Part shown: positions 1-11,869 of the stretch, piece by piece
Layout: every line of letters starts with the position of its first letter
How positions within the stretch are numbered: position 1 is the stretch's first letter
DNA from: Squalus acanthias
Taxonomy: Eukaryota
Assembly: GCA_030390025.1 (NCBI GenBank)
Contig: CM059432.1
Coordinates: 81,222,001-81,286,000, forward strand
DNA length: 64,000 nucleotides
Direction of reading: 5' to 3'
Notes under the pieces: model-generated
The model's input: only the letters and a program-made list of their open reading frames with translations
The model's database searches: none
What the model was told of the DNA's origin: nothing
Program-made: the position numbers and the translations under genes

Positions 1-860
1 TTATTTTTGATCTCTAACTACATTGACTCAGTCTGAACCTCTTTGTGTACATCGGTCCTCTCTACAGCATCTATTCCCTCCTTCACCATTTTGCCATTCC
101 TTCTCCTTATCTATTCTGTTCCTCCTAAAAATATAATAACCTAATATGTTTATTTTCCACGCCTGCCCAGTTTGCAGTCAAGTTTCTGTTAGTGTTATTT
201 AATCTGTATCTTCCTGTGACATAATTGCCTCCAATTCTCCCAGTTCATTTTCCACACTCTGAGCATTGCAATAGATGCACTTTATCTTTTCTTGTTGGTA
301 TTTAAAGCTACTCCTTTTCCCTAGTTTCTTTTGTTGAAACTAACTCCCTAGAAATGGTGCCAATCCCCATAAAACAGAAACCCTCTTCCTGACATGCCCC
401 TTTAGCCACACATTTAGCTCTCTAATCCTCCTATCCTTCCCTATTCTAGCACGTAGCTGAGGGAGTAATCCAGAGATTACCACCTTTGAGGTCCTGCTCC
501 TAAACCTGTTTCCTAACCTCCTAATTCCTTTTGCAGGAATTAAGACCTTTCTTATATTATTGGCTCTTACATGGACCATGATGACTGGCTGCTATCTCTC
601 TCCTTCCATAATTTTTTCCTGTTTTTCCAAAATGTCCATTACCCTAGCACGTGGGAGGCAACAATTATCCAAGACTCCAGGTCTGGTCTGCAAAAGATAG
701 CGTCCACTCCTCTAACTATCACTATCTTATTACAGTACTACTACATTCCCAACTGAATTGCTAATCTCCCTCATCCTCTTGAGCCATCTCTTGTCTTTTG
801 TGCCATTGTAATCCATTTGATGGTCCGGCACAGAGTCCTCATCCTCCCCACAGTAAGCTA
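1..860 (-). mobile_element. Degraded CR1 LINE fragment (ORF1 SGNH esterase to start of ORF2 endonuclease)
   Basis: ORF 340..579 contains SRTSKVVISGLLP...RIRELNVWLK, matching ORF1 of the CR1 at 18347..18847. Confidence 0.75.
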
Positions 861-899
861 GAGCTTCGAACTTGTTGGAGAGGCTAATTTGGTCTGTGT

Positions 900-1200
900 G
901 TCCCTGTGCCTATATCCATTCAACCCCTTTTACTGCATTCACCGATCCAATCTAATCTTGAATGTTGACATCGTTTCTGCCACAACCACTAAGCTTAGAA
1001 GTGAATACCACAGCATCACAACTCTCTGTAGAAGTAAGTTTTTCTTTCTCTCTGTTCTAAATCTCTTACATTTAATCCTGTATCTATGGCACCTTGTTTT
1101 TAGCTCTACAACTACTGGAAACAGTCTGCTTCTATCGACCCTGTTCCATCCTTTCATAATTTTAAAGCCTTTATCATATTGCCCCGTAATCTACATTGGT
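900..1200 (-). mobile_element. CR1 LINE 3' fragment
   Basis: ORF 939..1157 RVDRSRLFP...TRCHRYRI...QRVVMLWYSL matches the CR1 ORF2 C-terminus. Confidence 0.75.
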
Positions 1201-1833
1201 CTATCAAAAATAGTAGGATAAGTATCATTTGTGCTGACAGCCCTTTGTAACATATTGAAGCAGTTGCAAGTAGTATGAAAATAACCGCAGAATATTGCAG
1301 TCCTCCATCTGATCCTTTGAAAATATGTGTGCAATGGACAATGTCACAAGGCTGATTGCTAACTAATTTGTGAGTCTCGTATATCCTTGTAATTTTGCAA
1401 ATCTTTTCACTGTCAGTTGCGGTAGTTCTAACCTCTTCCCAAAAAAATACAAATTGAGGAGAGCGATTTAAGTTCTGAATGTGCATCTGTCACTTTTCAA
1501 ATAAATAAAACTCCTCACTAACTTTCATCCCATTTCTTTGATGAATTATCTCTGCTTATCAGAATCTCGGTTCCTCTTGAAATACAAACTCAATCGTGGG
1601 AATTACAGAAAACCAGTTAATCACAACACACCTGTAACAATATTGCTTTCACAATTCTCAAGCATCTAAATTGCCACCTATTTGTTATAAATATGGTTAA
1701 TATTTTACTCTTCCAGCTGTGGCAAGAGAAAACAAAATGTTGTAGTTATGACTAAGTTGGCACCCAATTTATTTGAGCCAGATGCAATGATTGGGACATG
1801 GAAGCGTTATGAAATGGTGCATTGCAGAATATA

Positions 1834-3791
1834 GGCCTGGATTTTAGCCCGGAGGCGAGTTCTGTGCTGGGGCGCTGTTGTGAGGTTCAGAAACCCGAAA
1901 GAACAGGTTTCTCGAATGTCCTGCAGAATTTAACTGCATGGCTCCTTTAAGTGGGGTTCCCACTCACAGGCACCCTGATTGACAGGCTGGAGGCCTATCG
2001 AATGGGAAGTCTGCTTCACAAGGCTGAAACATTCGAGAGCAAGTAGGTGTATTGGGGGAGTGAAAGAGATCGTGGGGGGGGTCCGGATCGTGGGGGTTCT
2101 CAATTGCAGGGGAGGGGTCCATTGGTAGTCTGGGGGGTCCTGATTTCGGGAGGGGTTCCAATGGTGATCTGGGGGGTCCTGATTGTGTGGAGGGGGGGGG
2201 CGGGTTCCGATGGTGGTCTGGGGGGTCTGATGGTGGTCGGGGGGTGCAGGCACATTGCAGGGAGGGGATTTTACTGGGTAGCTTCTTGGGCCTGGAGGAA
2301 ACACTCCTGCTCCTCCTGGCCCAGAAACAGTGCTGTAAAGGCACTTACCTCATGGATTCAGCGCTTCTTGCCTTCTTGCCAGCTGCCAAGTTTCCCGAGG
2401 CCTGGGAAATCCGGCCACCTGCAGCTAAAAATAGAATCACTGTTAAAATGAAGGCAGGCAGCCTCATTATAATATTTAAATGCCCAACCCACTTCCTGTG
2501 AGCAGATTGGTCGCCTGCCCCTTATGTCCGGGTTTTCTGTATCCTTTCCCAATGTTCGACGTGACTCCAATATGGTACAGTGATATTTTATTCAGTATTA
2601 CACAAGGGTCATCACCTATATGTGCCTTAGCAGTAGTTTACAGTACAGAATGAGAATTATATCACCCGTGCCGTCCTGGATAGAGTTCGTGCCCACTTGC
2701 TAGCAGTCTTTAAGGAAGCTTCCACCCCGTCTGGGGTCTCTTCCGCCCAACCCTGCCTGGGGTATCCTCTGTTCGTTGGCCCTTGCCTTGGCCTTACCCC
2801 GCCTAGGGTTTCCTCTGTTCGGATCCGGATCCTCTTCACGTGGGCCATTGCTGTCTGGTTCCTTTACAGGGTCAGCCTTTGCTCCTGGTGCTCTGCAGCC
2901 TAACTCTCATAATTGGTCTCCCTTTTATGCCACTTTTGAGGGTGGTTACAGGGATCAATATTGACACAGGTAGCTACCCTATTGCCGTCTTTCCAAAGGG
3001 TGTGGTGGCCATTAGGGTGTCGAGTATCTTTCAGACAAATGGAAGAAGAGTCAGCCCACACCTTATCTCTACCTTTGATAGACAAGGGGTGATTGAGTGG
3101 TCCTCAAGATGCCATACCTCTTTGGCTGACCAATCATCGGCCTACAACACTGAAAAGGGCTGTTTCCCCATCTTATCTGGTCATGCTTTAGTCAGCAACT
3201 TTGGGCCCGTTATCTCACATTCCTTGGTCTCAGGCTAATAATTGTGAGGCCCTATTGTCATTAGAGACAGTTCCTTATCTTGTGGCCACAACTGAATAAC
3301 TTTGATTACAGTTACTGCTATGTTAGCAATGTCACATTTTGTTAATTGCATTAAGGCAGAATGTTTCTTGCTACCTTTCATGCCTACCTAACGGTTTTGT
3401 AAAACTTGACAGATTCTAGGTTATATGGTGCCAAACACCCTTGTAGATTAGTTACTGTATATTTGTTTGATTAATACAAAAAGGTGATCATATAAAGATA
3501 GTAAAGATAACGTATCAAAAACACATGTGGTACAATGAGTCAAGGTACATGTGAGGTTATAGCAATGCCTACAATCTTTAATAGTGATCAGGTACATATT
3601 TGATTAATACAAAGGTGATTTCACAAAATACATATTCGATACAGATTTAACATGTGGCAGACTAGTCTTTCTATCGTCCTGCCTCCATTAGAACTGGAAG
3701 TGGGCGGATTCAGTTCCTGTTCCAGATTTTTTGCATTTTAACCTCTGACATGACCCCAACCCACCCATTTTTGGGAGTTAAGATTCAGCCC
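1834..3791. mobile_element. Non-autonomous Harbinger-type MITE interrupted by a ~1.15 kb insertion
   Basis: Ends ggcctggatttta...taagattcagccc flanked by 3-bp TSD ATA/ATA; internal sequence parallels the 11870..12643 element. Confidence 0.75.
2525..3676 (-). mobile_element. Probable ERV solo LTR inserted in the MITE
   Basis: Minus strand starts (c)GATAGAAAGAC and ends CCCGGACA; TATA-like ATAAAAG ~2925, AATAAA ~2590, direct repeats tttgattaatacaaa in the putative U3; exact ends ambiguous (gtcc occurs at both junctions). Confidence 0.55.
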
Positions 3792-4199
3792 ATAGTTTAC
3801 CCCCTCCCCACACACATGCAAACAAATAAACACAGAGTTCTCAAGACTTACACAGACAGTTCTCAATTCTCAAAGATTAGTACAGGTTTACTTGTGGTTT
3901 ATTCAAGAAATTGTTTAAAAAATATATTTTCTGGCACCTCTTGCAAGCTATTTAAATACAAAAAAAACAGTGTCCGCTCTCTTTTTAAGAACAAATATGT
4001 CCTCTCTGTGAATTCAGGATGTGGAAGTGTTGGTACAATGGAACCTGCAGCCAGTCACCTTGATTTTGTTTTGCTATATCACCCCAAATCAGGTGGTATA
4101 ATGAACCAGCCATTTTGAAATCATGAGGATGAACCCACGTTGTACCAACCTGTGGCACAAAGGGTTGGCATATCACTGAACCACCAGGCTTCCTTAGAA

Positions 4200-6720
4200 A
4201 GACCAGTTTGGCTGCTATGATGATTATATTGTGCTATAACAAAAGTCATCTCTGATGTGTTAATGCATGTTCTTTGAAAAAAAGTTAAGTTCCATATTAT
4301 TTTCATTTTAATAATTCTTGTAGTTCTAGCTTTTCCCCAAATCTCTGAGAACATTTAAATGATGATTTTTGCTGCCATAGCTTACACATAAATGGTAAAA
4401 CCTTGCAGGGTGAATTATTGATTATAACAATTCTTCTCCCAGTTCTCATAAACTGTAATTGCTTGTGTAATGTATCAAATTTGCTCTCAGTTGCCCCAAT
4501 GGTCTTCCCATCAATTTACCTACACTACTGCTGAGAACAATTATTTTTTTTAATAAACTTGCCTAAGAATGTAAAAAGAATTTTAGAGTGGTTGGACAAT
4601 TGGTATTTGTAGATTCCTTAGTGAGAACAGTTGATTTCAAGAGGCACATAAAGATCTAAAAGAACTGATATTACCTCACTGAAGTGTATGTTAAATGCTC
4701 CCAAACCAATCAAAGTGCTCAAATCTAATCAGCACTTTTCATTCCCTTTCTGCAGAAGCAACATAATTACTGCAATTCTAAACTGAAGTTTCTCATTTGT
4801 TTTTTTTTGGCCTTGAAAGTATTTACAGGTTTATTTTAGATTCCCACTTCATATAATGAAAGACATTGAAAAGATATTGCAGCTCTGCAAAATGAAAGTT
4901 CTAATTTGTAATTTGTCAAAGAAACAGAATCAAAAACTGGTTCTACAAAATTTCAACTTCTTTACTTCTGGGTTTTGTTGAGTGAAGAGAAAAAGCAAGG
5001 AATGGAAGGTCATGGAGGATAGTTTAGTGCCAGAGGTCTCCCCTCCATATGACTGATATCCCCAAGTCCAACGGAAACCATGGAGTTGCAATAATTAAGG
5101 AAGTGCTCCATATTTCTCAGACACAGAGTTTTGAAAGTGCCAAGTGGCACTTTATGAAGGAAAAGACCAGAAAATGGGACGAGATGCTTTACAAGTGCCT
5201 TATATACATTTATTAGAATAGGCAAGAGATGCAGGATGCATTCCAGCAATTTGTGACATTTTTTTCTCTCTTCGTCCATGGTTCCATACCAGGTAGAAAT
5301 GCAAAGTGGAAAATATTCACAGGCACAAAATCTAATTCTCCAACCCCAGATCCCAAGAGAAAGACTCTTGCCATCTTGAACTTGAACTCTTGCACTTTCA
5401 GAACTCAGACCAGGGCTGCTTTGCATCGCTATCTACCAAGTGGGTGAATTCAGTGCACACCTTACAATATAATGGAGAAACTACTTGCACATAAAGAAGA
5501 GGTAGACTGCCAACATTTACAGACTTTCTTGGATGCTATGATGTGGTGTACCACTAGGCTGCCAGTTTTCATATCTGTAATTAGCTCAGAATATTGTAGA
5601 TGCCACACAAATTACAGCCAACTGTGGGGGGAGGTCTTTCTGTCTTTCTTTTGACGAGGTACAAACTTATTGAAGAACCTATTGAACTAGCCGAAATAAC
5701 CAATGCATTTAATATATTGTAAGCGGCGCCTTTGTAATTGCTCCTATAGTAATGGTAAAGGGTTAGCACCATTTGTCCAATATAGGCAGCTGCCTATGAT
5801 GAGCATGGGTGGCATAAGTGGTAGGGACTGTTTTCTTCTTGGTTACAGGCTCTTATTCTTGCTAGGGATTAATATGAACTTGAGCAGTCCTGTGCTCAGT
5901 TCTGTACTGGTTCCTAGTCAGACATGTCCCCCTCTGAAGTGCTTATGGAAGTTGCCCATGTTACCCTTAGCAATGGATGAAGGTGTAGTGGCCATTATTC
6001 TTTGAATAAAAGTAAACTCTACACAGCAGTTTACATTCTGCTTCTGATGGAATGATCTATTGTGTAGATTTCAGGTTTTAACTGTATCCCTAGCTTGTGT
6101 GGAATGTTGATTCAATATCACTAGTTTGAAGGGTCATTGGGAAAGCATTCCTGGGCTGAAATGGAAGATTTGTATTTATATATAGCACCTTATCATGTCC
6201 CATGGAAATGTCTCAAAACATTGTACAGACAATTACGTTGACGTGCAATGACTGTTGTTATGTAGGCAAATTGTGACAGCCATTTTACACACAACAAAAT
6301 CTCATAAACAGCAATGAGATGAATAATCAATTAATCAAGCTGGTTGAGGAAGGAATGTTGACCAGGACAACTCCCTCCTGTTCTTCAAATAGTGCAATGG
6401 GATCTTGAATGTCCACCTGAACCAGCAAAGGATGACACCTCCAAGAATCCAGCACTCCCTCATTACTGCACTGAAGTAACAGTTTAAATTATGTGCTCAA
6501 TCCTTGGAGTGAAGTTTGAACCTGTAACCTTCTGACTTCGAAGTAACAAGCTGACTGACAATCAAAAGGGTGCAGATGGATATGCTCTATAAATATTCAG
6601 AGAAATGGATACGCAGCTTCTCTCATACCCGAGCACCAAAAAATAGACATCAATGGATCCAGATGCAGTGATTGACACTAGACAAGATGAATTTAGAGAG
6701 AATGGAGGAGCACATCTTCA
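4200..6720 (+). pseudogene. Possible highly decayed hAT-family (ZNF862-like) transposase remnant
   Basis: LTVSLACVEC*FN...KGHW at ~6080 resembles the hAT dimerisation motif (P-V-S-x-A-x-x-E-R-x-F-S); DPDAVID at ~6660; many stops. Confidence 0.3.
6165..6558 (-). mobile_element. Degenerate SacSINE1/DeuSINE-like tRNA-derived SINE
   Basis: Collinear similarity with the copy at 45726..46197 (tail, central core, tRNA-like head). Confidence 0.7.
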
Positions 6721-7180
6721 CAAAACAAATATAAAACAAGATCACTGCTTTTCAGCTATTGCACCATCACTGGATATGATACTGCCAACATGGTAGTACA
6801 ATGCACAGAGAAAACACAATAAGACATGAAAATCTACATAAATCTGGTGACAATGGTGTAACTTGATTAACAGAAATGTGATGGTACAATTTAATGGTTA
6901 TCTTGGATCATTATGGTATAAGCTTATAAAGAACTGCACGAGCCATTTAATAGTGAATTAAATTTAGTGCTTCATTGCATCGAAGTTCAGGAAAATAGTT
7001 TCCGTCAATAAATAGGTTTTGTGGTCTTAAAATTCAATGGTCTAGAAATTCGATATCCCTCGAAAACGGGCGCGGGGATCGCGATGAGATAGCAACCCGC
7101 GCCTGTTCGGAGAACTGCCGGCAACACACAAAATTCGTGCTGCCTGTTAATTTACATGATTATAGTGTTCATCCCAGTGC

Positions 7181-7247
7181 TGAACGCACTGCTGAGTGGC
7201 TGAATGCGCTGCTGAGTGGCTGAACGCGCTGCTGAGTGGCTGAATGC
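7181..7247 (+). repeat. 20-bp tandem repeat (~3.3 copies) in the Harbinger subterminal region
   Basis: tgaaYgcRctgctgagtggc x3 plus a partial copy. Confidence 0.9.
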
Positions 7248-7398
7248 TCAGCCTGGGGCCCAAGTTCGTGCGAGGCTAGCACCAATTAAAGCTAGCCTGC
7301 ACTACTTAAAGGCAGTCTACACCGCTTAAAGGGGAGGTGTCTTCTGCCTGCAACAAGTGATTGAAGTGGCTGGGAAGACAGTGGACAAAGTTGTAATG

Positions 7399-9880
7399 AT
7401 GGCACAACAGGGGAGAGTGCGTGCACCTAGGTTCTCTGATGTAGCAGTGGAGGCCTTGAAGAGGTCCTCTTTCCACAGGGGGCCAGGCGGCCCTCCAGGC
7501 AACAGACCAGAGTGCAGTGGAAGCAGGTAGCCACTGTGGTAAATGCCAGCAGTATAGCCCCGAGGACCTGGAATCAGTGCAGGAAGAAATGTAATGACCT
7601 CACACGAGTGATCAAGGTCAGTGAATTCATCTTCAAATGCCATATCTCACCATCTGCACCACTAGCCTCACACACTGCTCAATGCACCACACCCTCATTA
7701 CTCATCTATCAACAATCTCTATCAAATACGACTCACACCTCACATTCATAGCTTCACCTCACCCTCACACACTTACCACTGCTGCAAGCCTCACACCCTC
7801 ATCTCAGCTTGAACATACTGTCAGCTATTCAACCATGACAGCCACATCACCCAAACACATTACACCACACTCACTGACACACTTCCCTTTCTCCTGCAGG
7901 AAAAGGTGGCGCATAACTGGCACCAGCAGAACTTAACCGGTGGGGGACAGGCTCACCTGCATGACCACACCCCCATGGAGGAGACAGTGCTGGCCATTCT
8001 TGGCAGGGGCATGGCTGAGCCTGTGGCCAGTGGCGTGGCTGTAAGAATACAAGATGCGGGTATCCTCATACATTAACCTCCTTCTCACATCTCACTTCTC
8101 CCTCATCCCACAATCTCTTCTGATTTACAATCTGCACATGGTGTAAGCATGCATCTCTTTGCTTCCCCCCCCGCTCCCCTCACCACAACCCTACCCTTGT
8201 GCCTTTCTCATTTCAGACACCCAATAAATTCAGCCTGCCCAGCCAGTGGTTGAACAAGAAGATGGAGAGGAGAGTGAAGAAGAAGAAACGCTGTCACTCA
8301 ATTTCACACTCCCAGCCACCACCTCAGATACTGACACTCTGCGTACTTTAGAGAATAGGTTAGACACGGGATCTGCATGTGTTGAGACATGGCATGAGTG
8401 GGCTGCAGCCAGGTCAGGGGGAAAGGGGAGCGCAGGTCCCAGCTCCACCGGGGACGAAGTCGCACATGAGTTCTGCTGCACAGGACTCAGATGAAGACTT
8501 TGATGGGGCGGCCTACAGAAGAACGCTGATGGGTATCCCCAATGAAATGCTTTGGTGCATTGGCAGGCCTGCCAGAAAGTCTGAATGCAATGTCAAGGAG
8601 CATGGAGGAGTCCAGATCCAGCCTTGCACAGGGCTTTGGGCAGAACTTGGAGCCCATCCTTTCCAGCGTGGAAGGGCTGAGCAGATCCATTAACGCACTT
8701 GTGGACCCAACCATGGGGAGACCAAACGCAGTATGGGTGACCGCTTTGCGGAACACCTCTGTTCAGTCCATAAGGGTGACCCCCAGCTTCCGGTCGCTTG
8801 TCGCTTTAATGCTCCGCTCCACTCCCACTCTGATTTCTCCGTCCTCGGCCTCTTACACTGTTCCAATGGAGCTCAATGTAAGCTTGAGGAACAGCACCTC
8901 ATCTTTCGATTAGGCACTTTACAGCCTCCTGGACTCAACATTGAGTTCAACAATTTCAGACTATAACCCCTGCCCCCATTTTTTCAGGCGGCAGCTGTTG
9001 ATGATTCTGCCATCTCCATTTGCAACATTTAATCTCTCCTGCCTTCCATCCTAGTACAGACCGTCCCTTTAGTTCCTTCCTCCCCTCCCCCCCCCACCCC
9101 TCTTTCCCTGCCTCTGCACCTGCTTAAAACCTGTTATATCTCTAACTTTTTCCAGTTTTGACGAAGGGTCACAGACTTAAAACGTTAACTCTGTTTCTCT
9201 CTCCATGGATGCTGCCTGGCCTGCTGAGTGTTTCCAGCATTTTCTGTTGTTATTTCAGATTTCCTGCATCCGCAGTATTTTGCTATTGTATCATGCAGCA
9301 TCTGATGGCCGAAGTCTCAGCTTTGATTGCAGCACAAGCAGAAGCCACCCAATGTCTGAGTGCTGCAGTGGAAGCTCAGGCTGAAGTCATGCAAGCTCAG
9401 CTTGCTGCCACTCAAGCACAGACTGCTGCCATCATGGCAGGGTTTACAACTGTTGAAAGTGGCTTGCAGGGTCTCACAGCAGTCCAGCAGTCTGTACTCC
9501 AGCAGATTACTAGGATTGCTGAGGCGCTGCCCTGGGGGAGTGGCAATGGATCCGTGGAGGACGACCCTGTTGTCCTCTCTCAGGATGACAGCATTCATAC
9601 TCCCACCACTGCCACTCCGCCAATGCCCTTGCTGTTGCCTGTCAGCCAGTTAGCCCAGACTGCAGCCGCCCATGTCGAGGTGGTGCAGTCCGAAGCCGGG
9701 CCTACTCGGTGCAGAGCTGCTCGAGGTCATCCTGCAAGGCCATCTGCAGTCTCTCCCACTGAAAGTCAGCAGCCTTCCACCAGCCATGCCATAGCCACTG
9801 GGGTAGCGCTGCATAGGAGCACTAGGATAAGCAAAGGAACACGCAAGACAGTCACTAAGGGAATGCACAAGGGTGATTAA
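7399..9880 (+). pseudogene. Harbinger Myb/SANT-like DNA-binding protein gene (NAIF1/MSANTD-like), 3 exons, disrupted
   Basis: MAQQGRVRAPRFSD...WKQVATVVNA...RTWNQCRKKCNDL; GT-AG introns 7617..7899 and 8060..8216; exon 2 EKVAHN...TGGG...TPMEETVLAILG; basic C-terminus; frameshifts and a Penelope insert. Confidence 0.85.
8716..9290 (+). mobile_element. Penelope-like element 3' fragment (GIY-YIG endonuclease C-terminus plus pLTR)
   Basis: GETKRSMGDRFAEHL...PVACRFN...EEQHLIFRLGTLQPPGLNIEF; catg at both junctions. Confidence 0.85.
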
Positions 9881-10049
9881 TTGATTTTTTGATGTAATAT
9901 TGGATGGATAGATGTATAAATTTTGATTGGAATGTTTGCTTTGTGGTGGCTTTTATTTCAGCATTGTGGCCAAGAGGATGCTGTGATGATCAATAACAGA
10001 CGGAAGGTAAGGTGTGGAACCACTGTTGAATGGGGAATTGGGGTTGCGT

Positions 10050-11168
10050 TCACTGGTACTGCAGGTGCATGATCCGATCCCGGATATCCCGGCCAGAAAG
10101 GGGATGTCTGAGTTGCTTCCTACCTTCCGCTTCTGCCTCCTCCTCTTCCTCCTCCTGCTCCTGAGCTGGTGGCCATATCCTGAGTGGCAAGGGCTGTGCC
10201 CTCATGGTGGCCAGTTTGTGGAGGATATAACAGACCACCACGAATCGGGACATGCTCTGGTGAGTACTGTAGGGCTCCTCCAGAGCAGTCCAGGTAGCGG
10301 AACCATTGCTTCAGCATCCCAATAGTCTGCTCTATGCTGTTACGTGTGGCAGCATGGCTCTCGTACGCATGCTGACCACATGTGCTTGGGTTGCAGAGCG
10401 GAGTCATGAGCCAGGTGGTCAAGGGATAGCCCTTGTCGCCCAGTAGACACCCTCTGGTTTGTCTTGGTGGCTCAAAGACTGAGGGAACTGTGGGCTGGCA
10501 CAGAATAAAAGCATCATGACTGCTGCCAGGATACTGGGCATTCACTATCATGATGAGGATGGTCACACACCAACTGCACATTCAGGGAATGGAAACCTTT
10601 GCGGTTGCGGTACATCTCAGCATTTAGAAGTGGCGCCCGTGCGAGCAGTTGATGGCGCCCTGCACCATGGGGAAGTCCGCTATCCTGGCAAAGCCACGTT
10701 CTCGCTGTGTCTGCTTCTCTCTGGTCAGAGAGAAGACAATGACGTCCCCTCTCCTGGCATAAAGAGCGTCTGTCACCTCTCTTATGCAGCAGTGGATGGC
10801 AAACTGGGAGACGTTACAGATGTCGCCTGCTCCAGCCTGGAAGGATCCCGACCTGAAGAAATTCAGGGCCACGGTCACCTTCACAGCCACTGGCAGCGCT
10901 GGCCTTGTCCTGGTGTGAGGCTGCAGGTCTGGTTGCAAGAGGTGGCTGAGTTCTGTGAGCACCTTCTTCGTAAAGCACAGATGCCTCATGCACTGCTCCT
11001 GGCTCAGGTTGAGGTAAGGGAATTGCTCTTGGAAGACCCTAGGTGAGTAAGACCGCCCATGAGAGCCCTCCTCCTCCTCCCTCTGCGAGCAGCTTGTCTT
11101 TTTTGCTGCCTCTGCTTCATCTCCCTGTCATACTGCAGGCCAAGGGGGATGACAACTAGAGCACCCAT
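10050..11168 (-). pseudogene. Harbinger transposase (HARBI1-like, DDE_Tnp_4), frameshifted
   Basis: LPVAVKVTVALNFF, FPMVQGAINCSH, YPGSSHDAFIL, LLGDKGYPL, SHAATRNSIEQTIGMLK, VVCYILHKL motifs spread over several frames. Confidence 0.92.
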
Positions 11169-11869
11169 GATTGGGAGCAAGTGGTCTGAGCAGAACCCTT
11201 TAAAGGAGAAGCAAGGCCCTCTCCACTTGCAGCTCCACTCCCTGTCACCTCACCAACTTTAAACAACTCGAGAAAGCTCTAATCACTTCCACAAACTTGC
11301 ACAGAGCCATTAGAAATCATAAAACAAGTTACCTGAAAGTTGGTGACGATCCCTTTAAGTAGCTCTGGTGGGGGGTCCAGCCTGTTGCCGAATGCATGTT
11401 CAGCTGTGAGAAGTTAAGAGAGGGCATAAGCTCCAGCGATGACAATGAAAATGGCAGCACTAGCGACAAATCAGCGATGCGCGCTGATTGACGTCATGAT
11501 CTGCCTACTTTCCATACTTCCTGTGCACGCCCCTAACGGCCACCCTACCGCCCTCACCAAGATGGTGTCTGGCACGGCCCACACCAGAAGTGTGCACGCA
11601 CTGCTTGGATGCCATTTTGGCCCCAATTCAGCACCTGTAGCGCCTAATCAACGGGCGCTACGCAACCGACTTTTAATATTCATGACAAATTTATTTAGTG
11701 TAATGAGGACAATTACAAAGTGGAAGTGCTGTAATATTCCTAATATGTCACATGAGCTGATTCCTGTCTCTGCGCGATAACTGCCTGGCATCTTAAAAAT
11801 CATAATGGTGTCTCAGTTTTATTTTACCATGAATCTCAAAACTAACGAAGTTTTAGCTTAAGAATCAAT

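Larger units (their letters stand above)
7039..11674. mobile_element. PIF/Harbinger DNA transposon, two-gene autonomous architecture (decayed)
   Basis: Left end AAT|ggtctagaaattcg; eroded right end cgactttt|AAT; convergent Myb/SANT and transposase genes inside. Confidence 0.85.

Noticed and set aside
1930..2570. Pro/Gly-rich ORFs on both strands
   Set aside because: By-products of the G-rich MITE interior; the same holds for 11983..12524, 22650..23177 and 57394..58179
7181..7247. CRISPR-like array
   Set aside because: No spacers, eukaryotic context; a simple tandem repeat
10050..11168. Host HARBI1 gene
   Set aside because: Frameshifted, multi-copy and inside TIR-bounded elements with a Myb partner, so a transposon rather than the domesticated gene
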